Of a DNA stretch of 64,000 bases, positions 20,516 through 30,338 are shown piece after piece. A program made the position numbers and the translations under genes. How positions within the stretch are numbered: position 1 is the stretch's first letter; each line of letters begins with the position of its first letter. Below the pieces are notes generated by a model. It ran no database searches, was not told the DNA's origin, and was given only the letters and a program-made list of their open reading frames with translations. Location of the stretch: the IMG/VR virus record IMGVR_UViG_3300042545_001134, positions 186,001 to 250,000 of that record; one strand, 5' to 3'.

Positions 20516-23500
20516 TATTCTGCCGATGGGAACGCACCTAATGGTCCGAACCTTTTAATAAATTTATCCACTCCAGTGTTACCCGGTCTTAAACCAAAAT
20601 AGAATTGGAATGGTGTTGATAGTATTTGTTTTTGACTCGAGTAATAATCTTGTGTTTTTCTTATTATGAAATCCATTGTATTATTCCACGATAATGTGTG
20701 CCAAGTTCCTGCGGTTCCGTATCTCGTATAAAGTGTTCCTGAAATTGGTGAGGCAATCGTTCCTGATGTTACATGTAAATAAGTAAATCCGGGATATTGG
20801 TCATCATAAATTCCCGGTATTGTCAATGGTGTGGTTGAAACCACATCAAATTCAACAAAATCAGTTGTATCCCCTGTTATTGTTAAACCACTAAAAGTGT
20901 ATGTCATCGGTAACAAAAGATATTTGTCGGATGGGTCATTAGTTCCACCTGTTAACGTATAACCATAAGTCATACCTTGTAGTGGTTGAGATTCAATGTA
21001 TCTATACTCCCAAGATTGGTTGTCTTTGGTTGCATCATTATATGGTCCAAATCCCGTCCCTTTTTTATCCCATAAGAAGAATGGAATATTTTGTGATGAT
21101 TCTGTTAATCTACCCGGTTCATTTAAACATACTCGAACTCGTTGTCCGTCTAAATCAAGTTCCAAAGTGATTGGTGTTGGTCCCCAAACTGATGTTCCGT
21201 TTTTAAACACCGCAGGGTAAGTTTCAGGGTCTAGTTTTTGGTATGAATATCCAAGGTACTTTGGACTTTGTAAATTAAACTCCTCAATTCCCACCTCATT
21301 GTTGATTGATATTAATTGTAAAATGTCACCATCTAGAACTTTCTTTCCGTAACCAGATTTATTGAATCCATCGTTATCGAAAAACTCATTTAAACTAAAT
21401 TCATCATTTGCTTCGGTATCTAATCTATAATTAATAACTAAACCAAGTAGTTCACCAAAACTTTGGAATGATGTTGGCCCTATTGACCTAACAACAGAAC
21501 AATTTGGGTCAAGTGTTGGGTCAGTACAAATTTCTTTTATGAATTCATCTCTTGGACCTAAATCAACCATGGTCGTAGGGTGACCCAATCGTATTTGTTC
21601 GTCTCCATCAATCGGCACCGGTAATCTTTGAACTGATGGGGTATATCTTTGCCCCGTAAAAACCCCAAGTCCCGATGATTTTGTTGAACGATAATAAAAT
21701 CTTTTAACCGCAGTTCCACTAACTGACTCACTAACTTTAAAGTAAACTAAATCTTCACAATAATTTGTACGTGCGACATTTAAATCTAATTCCTCTTCGT
21801 TGTCCCATCTAACTTTTGCTTTGAATAGGAAGAAATATAATGAACCACTTAACCAGTTATCAATGAAACTATAATTTACAATACCACCACAAAACATGGT
21901 ACCCACTCTCTTTCTTCTTCTATATTCTTTTAATATATCAAAAATTCTTGTTGCAGTTTGGGTTCCGGGTGTGTAATAAAAAACACCATTACTAAATTCC
22001 GTTGCCCCACCTAACGTATTTGGTGTGTATGTGTCACCTTCATATCCCGTTGGTAAATAATAATTTCCTTGGTCCGATAATTTAGTTGCACTAACGTCCG
22101 AACCGGGAGGTAATGTACTATAGGTATATCCAACTCGACCGGAACCGGTACCCACATAGTACGTGTCCACAATGTTTTCGTTATATGGTACGTCGTATAA
22201 ATCACACCCCCCTTCAATTGCGGTTGTTGATGATGAACTCGATACCGGTTCATTTTTATCTTTAATTAAACAACTAAATGGGATTCCCCCATTGGTATCA
22301 CTGAAGATACCCAAATTGTCGGTAAATGTTAATGAATATCCGGTTAGAATTAGGTTAAGTGGGTCGGTTGCATCATATTCATTGGTAATTGTAAAATATT
22401 CAGAACCAGATGGATTCAATTCAATAACATTGACCGTACCTCCAGTTGTTGTATAAACTAAAACATAGTTTGTTTGGGTGCTTATAAAATTATTTGCACT
22501 AATGTTTTGGTCTGTGTCCCATATGAGTGTTGACCCCGTACAAGTTGGTGGGGTGTATGGGTTTGTTGGATAATATATATCATTCGAAACTACCAATACC
22601 CTATTTAATTCATCACTAGTACCCGTAATATCAACTTCACCTACACTGCAATAATCGACAACACCACCCCCTAATGAGGTACCAAATTCACTTTCACCGT
22701 TACATTCTTCGCATTCGGGGTAATTGATTAAATATAATTTTCTCTGTGTTGCATTTTGAAAACTATATGCCCCCCTTCTAATTCTTACTGATAACCTCCT
22801 AATCGGCCAAAAATTAACACCGTCCGCTAATCCGTGTAAAAAATATGCAACGACATTTGTTAAGAAAAACGTAAATAGATTTATTAAGTGTTCAAACAAT
22901 AAAAGAACATCCGCAATCAACAATTGAAATGTATAATTTTTAAAACCAAAATTAACAGGTGGAGTAACCGCACTTCCAGAACAATCCTCCTCTTCCGATG
23001 GTACTAATTCTTTTAGACCTAAAAATCTGTCTCTAGTGAATGTACTACCTTTAAAATATGACCCTTGAAATGATGATACGGTATAAACTTTATTAAAGGT
23101 TACTCGATAAAAATAATCTTCAGGATAATAAAATCCATCAGTATTATTTAAAATATAATTATTAACCGCATGTGTTGGGTAATCATCATAGTTAGTTGAA
23201 AATGCGTATGATTTATCCGTGTTTAAATTACTATCGGAGTATTCTCTAATATTTGGTACCAAATAATCGGCATTTCTCCTAACTCTTTCCATTCCGTCAT
23301 CTGAAAGACTAAATCTAAAACGATAACATGCGGATGTTGGGATACCCTTATTTGGGTCATTGGTATATTCATTTTCACCAAACTCATTGGTAAATTGATA
23401 ATCCATATTCATCACAACTGGAAGAATGAATGAACCATCCTCATCAATATCTTCATTGATATCGACATTTTCCAATATTGGTCTGAATTTATTGTCTTTT

Positions 23501-24396
23501 TTACTACTGAATCGAATCGCCTCAATCTTACCTTTTCTTGATTCGAGGTCACATTTTCTACCCATTTTTTTTCTTGGGGTACAGTTCTTGTTCACCGAAC
23601 TCTTACCTGTATCGGCAAACGTACCTCCAAGGATATACGCCTTAGGTTCAATACGAACACCTTTATCTGATAAATCAAAGTCGGTTCTTGTGATTCCTAT
23701 TTCACATAAATCTTCATTTCCCCAAAACGGGTAAACTTCAATTGTTTGATTAAACGATACAATTTGAGGTAATGAATCAATATCTTGAGACCCTTTGTAA
23801 GTGTATTCATTTTTAAATGAATCAACACCCATACCTTGACGGATAAAATCATCAGGTCTTAATGAAAAACAACTGATATCGGATAAATCTACATCAACAT
23901 GGATTGTTTGTGTACCAAGTGGTACCCCCCAAATCATGAAGTCACCCGCATCGTTTGTCTTAGTAGTGTATTTGTAATATTTTTCGTAAACTTCAAGAAT
24001 CTCTTCTCGATTTAAAACATCTTTTTGGTCAGGAAATGTTCCCGTAGGGGCATGTCCTCCGTGTTGTTGTCTACTCGGTAAAAGATTGTATCTATAACCG
24101 TCTTCATTCTTGTCTGTAACGGTTGTGAATGGATATAGTGCAGATATTACAGGGTCGTTTGAATCTTCCTCTGTGATGGGTATGAATATTGAAATCCTTG
24201 CGTTCGGGACACCAAATCCATTATTTACAGAAATTCTACCCACAACAACACCATAGTCGGAGCACATTGAAGAATATGCATCAACTTGAGTAAATTTTAA
24301 GGATAAAATCTCTAAAAGGTCATAGTCTTGTTTTAACTCGACAGTAACCTTTTGGTCTCTACCTATATTCGTGGAAATTCTATGTTTCTGTATCAT
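20515..24396 (-). CDS. large structural protein with N-terminal carboxypeptidase-regulatory-like beta-sandwich and an internal hydrophobic segment
   Basis: 1293 aa. VVVGRISVNNGFGVPNARISI...TTKTNDAGDFMIWGVPLG resembles that domain; late motif at 24402-24409. Confidence 0.5.
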   Translation of the reverse strand: MIQKHRISTNIGRDQKVTVELKQDYDLLEILSLKFTQVDAYSSMCSDYGVVVGRISVNNGFGVPNARISIFIPITEEDSNDPVISALYPFTTVTDKNEDGYRYNLLPSRQQHGGHAPTGTFPDQKDVLNREEILEVYEKYYKYTTKTNDAGDFMIWGVPLGTQTIHVDVDLSDISCFSLRPDDFIRQGMGVDSFKNEYTYKGSQDIDSLPQIVSFNQTIEVYPFWGNEDLCEIGITRTDFDLSDKGVRIEPKAYILGGTFADTGKSSVNKNCTPRKKMGRKCDLESRKGKIEAIRFSSKKDNKFRPILENVDINEDIDEDGSFILPVVMNMDYQFTNEFGENEYTNDPNKGIPTSACYRFRFSLSDDGMERVRRNADYLVPNIREYSDSNLNTDKSYAFSTNYDDYPTHAVNNYILNNTDGFYYPEDYFYRVTFNKVYTVSSFQGSYFKGSTFTRDRFLGLKELVPSEEEDCSGSAVTPPVNFGFKNYTFQLLIADVLLLFEHLINLFTFFLTNVVAYFLHGLADGVNFWPIRRLSVRIRRGAYSFQNATQRKLYLINYPECEECNGESEFGTSLGGGVVDYCSVGEVDITGTSDELNRVLVVSNDIYYPTNPYTPPTCTGSTLIWDTDQNISANNFISTQTNYVLVYTTTGGTVNVIELNPSGSEYFTITNEYDATDPLNLILTGYSLTFTDNLGIFSDTNGGIPFSCLIKDKNEPVSSSSSTTAIEGGCDLYDVPYNENIVDTYYVGTGSGRVGYTYSTLPPGSDVSATKLSDQGNYYLPTGYEGDTYTPNTLGGATEFSNGVFYYTPGTQTATRIFDILKEYRRRKRVGTMFCGGIVNYSFIDNWLSGSLYFFLFKAKVRWDNEEELDLNVARTNYCEDLVYFKVSESVSGTAVKRFYYRSTKSSGLGVFTGQRYTPSVQRLPVPIDGDEQIRLGHPTTMVDLGPRDEFIKEICTDPTLDPNCSVVRSIGPTSFQSFGELLGLVINYRLDTEANDEFSLNEFFDNDGFNKSGYGKKVLDGDILQLISINNEVGIEEFNLQSPKYLGYSYQKLDPETYPAVFKNGTSVWGPTPITLELDLDGQRVRVCLNEPGRLTESSQNIPFFLWDKKGTGFGPYNDATKDNQSWEYRYIESQPLQGMTYGYTLTGGTNDPSDKYLLLPMTYTFSGLTITGDTTDFVEFDVVSTTPLTIPGIYDDQYPGFTYLHVTSGTIASPISGTLYTRYGTAGTWHTLSWNNTMDFIIRKTQDYYSSQKQILSTPFQFYFGLRPGNTGVDKFIKRFGPLGAFPSAE

Positions 24397-24449
24397 TCTA
24401 CTATAAATAGAAATTTATCTATTTTCCAGAAAAATAAGGAAAAATAAAA

Positions 24450-26282
24450 TTAGAAGGTAGTCGAACCTAAAGTTTTAACCCTGATTTTAATATCTTTATT
24501 AGGGAATCTAATTTGGAAAATCTGGTTTGACTTCATATATACAGTCATATCAGACTGTTGTATTTCTTTTGTTGATGTGTCAACATATGATTGTGCAACC
24601 TCCGCAGATGAATATTCACCACCTGTTAAGTTGTAGGCGCGTACATCAACTACGTTAATCACTCCCGTTACTTGTCCTATTAATCTATTTAAATCACCAA
24701 CAAATAGTGGGTCACCCATTTTTCGTTTCTCGATGGCAAAATAATCAACAATATCTTCAATTGTTGTCTTAATAATTTCTGTTTGATTACCGTTTTTATC
24801 TATTACCAAATCAATCTCAAGTCCCATGTCAATTACCTGTCCACTTTCAATATCAACAAAGTCATTAATCATTCTGTATTCAGATAGATAATTTAAGATG
24901 TTATCTTTTAAAGTCGTTGAAATGGTGTTTGAAAGATTACCATTTTCATCATATGACAATAACTTGATTTTAACCTTGTTGTCTTCTTCCATGACGTTTA
25001 CCTTCGCAGGTGCTCCGTAAGTCGAAGGCATGGTCTCTATTAACGATTTATAGTCATTTAAGGTAACCGCTCTGTTCTGTGCCGCAAAATTGTACGCAAT
25101 CATATTTCTAACTTCTTCAATTCCCGGTAAATCAGAACCACCGATTGCTGGTGTTATATTCGTTACAATAAGTGATTGGGTTACTTGTGTATTGGTTGCT
25201 CCGTTTGGACCTGTTATAACAAAATCAACATCATCAATACTTGTAATAACATTAACTCCAAGGTTTGTGTCTTTACCTCCACCAATTCTATATTTGATGA
25301 ATAATGTGGTACCAATTTTTGGTAACGCACCTAAAGACATGTTATTAAGATAGGTTCCCAAGTTAACTTTAAGATTACCATCGATGTAATTGTCTAAGTT
25401 ATCCATTGGGTCGACATTACCCGAACCAAAAGTTACCGAGAAATACCCCTCAGGAGTGTATTCAGTAATGAATTTATTGGCAACACTAATATAATTTCCA
25501 GCCTTAAAGTTATCTCTATCTGATGCCGTGGTCGGGTCTTCTACGAAAACCTTATCTTGTACTAATGATTTAACTTCGTACCACTTATTAGTTGCCTCTA
25601 AGAATTCTGAGTTAGTTGGATTACCAGCAAATGAGGTACCATCTTTATGAATTATTGATGTTATACCCAAAACGTTTTGTTCAGGTAGGTAAAGTTTAAA
25701 GAAAGGTTTTTGGTCAAGTTCCGTGATTACTTTTCTGAAAATTCTTGTTACACCGTTAACTACCGCTTCTCTTTTTAAGATTGTATATGAAATCAATCTA
25801 TTATTACCATCAAAATTTGGTATTTTTAACCTATTTGGTTCACCTTTACTATTGAAAGGGTTGGAAAAATCAATATCTTCAATTGTTTCGAATACTTGTC
25901 CACCGCCCGATATTTGGGCTCCACCTTTGATTGTACCTAAATAACGTTCATCCTCTTTGTCACCCCTAATGGGTACATTGATTGAGAAATCACACAATGC
26001 AACCGATGGTCTATTACCCGGTAGTCTAACACCATATGTTTTCGCAATATGATAAAGAGATTGTCTTTGTTGTGCAAAGTCCAACATAGTTTCTTGCCAC
26101 ACTCTATCGATGTGGAAGTGAAGGTTATCTGTAACCGCAGCATTTAAGTCCAATAGAACTGAATATATTGATGCGTCGTTGGTATTCTTTACTAAGTCTG
26201 GATAGTATTCTTTCGTTAAGTTAACTAACTCCTGTCTTAATCCCGCAAAGTCTCTTGTTGCGTATGATATCTTTTTAGCCAT
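24450..26282 (-). CDS. baseplate wedge subunit (T4 gp6 / baseplate J-like)
   Basis: 610 aa. YATRDFAGLRQEL, ETMLDFAQQRQSLYHIAKTYG and AQNRAVTLNDYKS motifs; follows the gp25-like gene. Confidence 0.85.
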   Translation of the reverse strand: MAKKISYATRDFAGLRQELVNLTKEYYPDLVKNTNDASIYSVLLDLNAAVTDNLHFHIDRVWQETMLDFAQQRQSLYHIAKTYGVRLPGNRPSVALCDFSINVPIRGDKEDERYLGTIKGGAQISGGGQVFETIEDIDFSNPFNSKGEPNRLKIPNFDGNNRLISYTILKREAVVNGVTRIFRKVITELDQKPFFKLYLPEQNVLGITSIIHKDGTSFAGNPTNSEFLEATNKWYEVKSLVQDKVFVEDPTTASDRDNFKAGNYISVANKFITEYTPEGYFSVTFGSGNVDPMDNLDNYIDGNLKVNLGTYLNNMSLGALPKIGTTLFIKYRIGGGKDTNLGVNVITSIDDVDFVITGPNGATNTQVTQSLIVTNITPAIGGSDLPGIEEVRNMIAYNFAAQNRAVTLNDYKSLIETMPSTYGAPAKVNVMEEDNKVKIKLLSYDENGNLSNTISTTLKDNILNYLSEYRMINDFVDIESGQVIDMGLEIDLVIDKNGNQTEIIKTTIEDIVDYFAIEKRKMGDPLFVGDLNRLIGQVTGVINVVDVRAYNLTGGEYSSAEVAQSYVDTSTKEIQQSDMTVYMKSNQIFQIRFPNKDIKIRVKTLGSTTF

Positions 26283-26283
26283 A

Positions 26284-26733
26284 TTATATGTTAATAATTA
26301 TAAAGTCTGACGAACTAAATGGTTCATTATTAATGTCGTAATCGATTCTAACCTTGGCAGTGTATGGTTTTGTTGAATTATCTGATACTCTAAATAATCT
26401 TTCATCATCTTGTTCACTCACACTTGAAGGTTGCTCGGGGTCCATATCCGCAGGGGTTATTCTAATTGATTTAATATCCAAATTAGGTATGTACTTCTTT
26501 ACTGTGGTTCTTATCTCATCTTCAATAAGTTGAAACGTAACTGCATCATTTGGTTCAAAGATGAACTCATATAATCTTGTCCCAAAATCGGGCATATAAT
26601 ATCTAGTACCCCTTCTGGTTAAAATTAAATGAATCAAATTTGCTCTAATTTCCCTTTCAGGTATTTCCGTCATGTTCAGGAAACTACCTTTTGAACTTTG
26701 TCTAAATGGGAAGTCTATACCATATGTCGCCAT
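26284..26733 (-). CDS. baseplate wedge / sheath initiator (T4 gp25 / GPW-like)
   Basis: IRANLIHLILTRRGTRYYMPDFGTRLYEFIFEP signature. Start moved to MATYGID (26733) because the late motif sits at 26737-26744. Confidence 0.88.
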   Translation of the reverse strand: MATYGIDFPFRQSSKGSFLNMTEIPEREIRANLIHLILTRRGTRYYMPDFGTRLYEFIFEPNDAVTFQLIEDEIRTTVKKYIPNLDIKSIRITPADMDPEQPSSVSEQDDERLFRVSDNSTKPYTAKVRIDYDINNEPFSSSDFIIINI

Positions 26734-26766
26734 ACAAATAAATATAAACAATATAAGAATACTAGT

Positions 26767-26800
26767 AAATAAAAAATCCCAACCTTTTCAGATTGGGATT
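26767..26800 (-). terminator. intrinsic terminator ending the replication block
   Basis: AAUCCCAAUC-UGAAAA-GGUUGGGAUU followed by UUUUAUUU. Confidence 0.8.
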
Positions 26801-26809
26801 GAGTATATG

Positions 26810-26895
26810 TTGTTTAGTTTTTCGCCCCCTGTATAACTAAACAAAATAGATGCTTGCGGTCGGCCGCGAACCATTAAGGGAGCCACCCACTTTTT
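26810..26895 (-). ncRNA. putative structured RNA with pseudoknot downstream of nrdA (family not recognised)
   Basis: GC-rich island. P1 AAAGUGGGUG/CAUCUAUUUU, P2 GCGG-CCGA-CCGC, P3 UUGUUUAGUU/AACUAAACAA; P3 loop AGGGGGC is complementary to GCUCCCU in J1/2. Confidence 0.5.
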
Positions 26896-29325
26896 TTAGG
26901 AACCACATCCCTCACATTCAAACGGTGAATCAGTTGGTCTTGAACTCATAACCATTTCCATTAATTTCATTTCTTCTGAATTATCTTGGATAAGGTTATT
27001 TGTACTTGGAACCTCTTGGGTTTCACTATTTGGTTTTGTTGTGGACATGTCGATACCTAACCCTTTAAGTGGGTCAACCGCGGATTTGGTTCTTAGATAG
27101 TACATACCGGTTTTAAGACCGAGTTTCCATCCGTAAAGGTGTGCCGCTAATACTTTCTGTTTACTTGCATTTGCGATGAATAAATTCAACGACTGAGATT
27201 GGTCGATGTAAATAGAACGATTCGCCGCCATAGATAAAATTCTCTTTTGAGACATTTCCCATACGGTTTTGTAAACTTCTTTTACCTCAGTTGGTATTTC
27301 AGGGATATTTTGAACCGAACCATTCTCCATGATAAGTTTCTTTTTAATTTCGTCTGACCAAATACCCTTTTCAAGTAATGTTTTAACAAGGTGTTTATTA
27401 ACTACCACGAATTCACCACCTAATGTTCTTCTTGAAAATAGATTAGATGTAAATGGTTCAAACGCTTCGTTATTTCCTAAAATTTGTGCTGTCGATGCTG
27501 TCGGCATAGGTGCTACTAACAATGAGTTTCTTACACCGTACTTAACAACTTCTTTTCTTAAAGACTTCCAATCCCATTTCTTACTTGTGTCTTTATCTGT
27601 TTTACCCCACATTTCATATTGGAAGATACCTTCAGATAAAGGTGACCCTTGGAATGTTTCATACGCTCCGTTTTCTTTTGCCAAATCTTTTGAAGAAGTC
27701 AATGCCGCAAAATAAATGGTTTCAAAAATCTCCGTTTGTAGAACATCTGCCGCGTCACTTTCGAAAGGTAGATTTAACATACAAAATACATCGGCTAAAC
27801 CTTGAACTCCTAAACCAACCGGTCTGTGTCTCATATTTGAACGTTTTGTTTCCTCAGTAGGATAGAAGTTCAAATCGATAACGTTGTTTAAGTTCTTTAC
27901 AACTTGGTATGTGTAATCATATAATAAATCATGATTGAATTCATTATCCAAGATGTATTTTGGTAATGCAATTGACGCTAAGTTACAAACCGCCTGTTCT
28001 TCGGGACTTGAGTATTCGATAATCTCCGTACATAAGTTTGAAGATTTAATCGTACCTAAGTTCTTTTGATTTGATTTGTAGTTTGCTGGGTCTTTATATA
28101 ACATGTAAGGCGTTCCTGTTTCAATTTGTGCAGTTAGAATTGCATCCATTAATTTTCTTGCCTTAACAGTTTTACGAGCCCTACCTTCTTGTTCGTATTG
28201 TTCATATAAACGAGTAAAAGATTTATCTTCAGGTGTATCGTATATATCAGATAAACCCGGCGCCTCATCAGGTGAGAACAAAGACCAATCCAAATCTTTC
28301 TCAACTCTCTCCATGAATAAATCAGGAGTCCACATTGCCAAGAATAAATCTCTTGCTCTCATTTCTTCTTTACCATGATTCTTTCTCAAATCAATAAATT
28401 CAAAAACGTCAGCATGCCATGGTTCAAGATAAACGGCAAAAGAACCTTTTCTTTTACCACCTTGATTAATCCAACGAGCAACTTCATTATATGTTTTCAT
28501 CATAGGAAGAAGACCATCAGATTCTCCACCTGTTCCTCTAATGTAAGAACCCTTTGCTCTCACATCATGAACGTGTAATCCGATACCTCCGGCCCATTTA
28601 GAAATTTTAGCAACATCTTTAATTGTGTCAAATAAACCATCAATATCATCACCTTTGTTACCGATTAAGAAACAAGATGACATTTGTGCTCTACGAGTAC
28701 CGGCATTAAATAATGTAGGAGTTGCGTGAGTGTAGAAATGTAATGAAAGGTCGTCATATATTCTTAACGCCATTTCTAAATCACCATTACAAATACCAAC
28801 GGCAACTCTCATGTACATATATTGTGGTCTTTCAACAATACGATTATTGATTTTCAATAGATAAGAACGTTCCAATGTTTTAAATCCAAAATAATCGAAA
28901 TCAAAATCTCTTTCTTGGGTAATAGCACCATCTAAAACTTCTTTGTTTTGTTGAACAAATTTAGCAACATTATCATCAATCAAAGAGGATTCCTTATTTG
29001 TTTTAGGTTCAATGAAATGATGCAACTCCTTAATACACTGAGAGAATTTTTTAGGTGTTGTTTTATGTAAATTAGAAACCGCAAGTCTTCCGGCCAATTT
29101 CGCATAATCGGGATGTGAGGTTACTAATGATGCGGCTGTCTCTGCCGCCAATGTATCCAACTCCACAGTTGAAATACCGTCATATATACCCTGTGTTACT
29201 TTTAATGTAACTAATGTTGGGTCAATAAATTCAATATTCAAATCATCACAAAAATGTTGTATTCTCCTTGTTATTTTGTCATATCTCATCTCCTCTAAGG
29301 AGCCATCTCTCTTTTTTACTTTCAT
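26896..29325 (-). CDS. nrdA: ribonucleoside-diphosphate reductase class Ia alpha subunit with ATP cone
   Basis: VKKRDG ATP cone, ATPTLFNAGT, QMSSCF, SSNLCTEI, APMPTAST, KTGMYYLR and C-terminal CEGCGS. Confidence 0.97.
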   Translation of the reverse strand: MKVKKRDGSLEEMRYDKITRRIQHFCDDLNIEFIDPTLVTLKVTQGIYDGISTVELDTLAAETAASLVTSHPDYAKLAGRLAVSNLHKTTPKKFSQCIKELHHFIEPKTNKESSLIDDNVAKFVQQNKEVLDGAITQERDFDFDYFGFKTLERSYLLKINNRIVERPQYMYMRVAVGICNGDLEMALRIYDDLSLHFYTHATPTLFNAGTRRAQMSSCFLIGNKGDDIDGLFDTIKDVAKISKWAGGIGLHVHDVRAKGSYIRGTGGESDGLLPMMKTYNEVARWINQGGKRKGSFAVYLEPWHADVFEFIDLRKNHGKEEMRARDLFLAMWTPDLFMERVEKDLDWSLFSPDEAPGLSDIYDTPEDKSFTRLYEQYEQEGRARKTVKARKLMDAILTAQIETGTPYMLYKDPANYKSNQKNLGTIKSSNLCTEIIEYSSPEEQAVCNLASIALPKYILDNEFNHDLLYDYTYQVVKNLNNVIDLNFYPTEETKRSNMRHRPVGLGVQGLADVFCMLNLPFESDAADVLQTEIFETIYFAALTSSKDLAKENGAYETFQGSPLSEGIFQYEMWGKTDKDTSKKWDWKSLRKEVVKYGVRNSLLVAPMPTASTAQILGNNEAFEPFTSNLFSRRTLGGEFVVVNKHLVKTLLEKGIWSDEIKKKLIMENGSVQNIPEIPTEVKEVYKTVWEMSQKRILSMAANRSIYIDQSQSLNLFIANASKQKVLAAHLYGWKLGLKTGMYYLRTKSAVDPLKGLGIDMSTTKPNSETQEVPSTNNLIQDNSEEMKLMEMVMSSRPTDSPFECEGCGS

Positions 29326-29340
29326 CGTTTATTTTATTTT

Positions 29341-30318
29341 TTAGAAATCTATCTCGTCAAAATTCGTATTTAGGTCCTCTATAGACGAATTATTATTTAC
29401 CCCTGCCTTTTGGTATTCTGCAACTCTTTTTTCAAAGAAATTGGTTTTACCTTGGATGGCAATGTTCTCCATAAAATCAAATGGGTTTGTAGAGTTATAA
29501 ACTTTATTAACTCCCAATGACATTAATAATCTATCGGCAACAAACTCAAGGTATTGTTTCATCAAATCAGAGTTCATACCAATTAATCTTACAGGTAATG
29601 CCTCTAAAATGAATTCTTTTTCAATTTCCAATGCCCCACAGATTATCTCTTTAATTTTTTTATCTGATAATTTCTTTTCAATGTGGTGATTATATAAATG
29701 ACACGCAAAGTCACAATGCATTCCTTCATCACGAGAAATAAGTTCATTTGAAAAGGTTAAACCTGGCATTAAACCACGTTTCTTTAACCAAAATATAGAA
29801 CAGAACGAACCACTAAAGAAGATACCTTCAACCGCAGCAAACGCAATTAATCTCTCAACAAAAGAATCAGAGTTAATCCACTTGATTGCCCATTCTGCCT
29901 TCCTCTTGATGGCAGGTACCGTATCAATTGCATTGAACAAATGATTTTGTTCGTTCTTATCTTTAATGTATGTATCAATTAATAATGAATATGTTTCACT
30001 ATGAATGTTTTCCATCATAATTTGGAAACCATAGAACATTTTTGCCTCGGTATATTGAACTTCATTTAAAAAGTTAATACCCAAGTTTTCATTTACGATA
30101 CCGTCAGACGCAGCAAAAAATGCCAAAACATTCTTAACAAAATGTTGTTCATCTGAATTTAGTTTATTGTCCCAATCATTAATGTCTTGGGCTAGGTCAA
30201 TTTCTTCTGCTGTCCAAAAACATGTTTCTTGTTGTTTATAAAGTTTCCAAATATCGTGATGTTCGATTGGAAAGATGACAAAACGGCCTGGATTCTCTTT
30301 AAGAATTTTTTCACTCAT
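29341..30318 (-). CDS. nrdB: ribonucleoside-diphosphate reductase class Ia beta subunit
   Basis: [40 protein letters not shown] and ISRDEGMH. Confidence 0.97.
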   Translation of the reverse strand: MSEKILKENPGRFVIFPIEHHDIWKLYKQQETCFWTAEEIDLAQDINDWDNKLNSDEQHFVKNVLAFFAASDGIVNENLGINFLNEVQYTEAKMFYGFQIMMENIHSETYSLLIDTYIKDKNEQNHLFNAIDTVPAIKRKAEWAIKWINSDSFVERLIAFAAVEGIFFSGSFCSIFWLKKRGLMPGLTFSNELISRDEGMHCDFACHLYNHHIEKKLSDKKIKEIICGALEIEKEFILEALPVRLIGMNSDLMKQYLEFVADRLLMSLGVNKVYNSTNPFDFMENIAIQGKTNFFEKRVAEYQKAGVNNNSSIEDLNTNFDEIDF

Positions 30319-30338
30319 AGTATAAATTTTTTAATTGA

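Noticed and set aside
26810-26895. tRNA, preQ1 riboswitch or twister/HDV ribozyme assignment for the post-nrdA element
   Set aside because: There is no cloverleaf, and only short fragments (AAAAACUAA, CAAGC) resemble those families, so it is left unassigned.
26896-30318. Eukaryotic or NCLDV origin suggested by the eukaryote-like NrdAB and Cys/PT-rich proteins
   Set aside because: Contractile tail, neck and baseplate genes, TAATG-coupled operons and intrinsic terminators indicate a bacteriophage; this RNR type also occurs in Bacteroidota.
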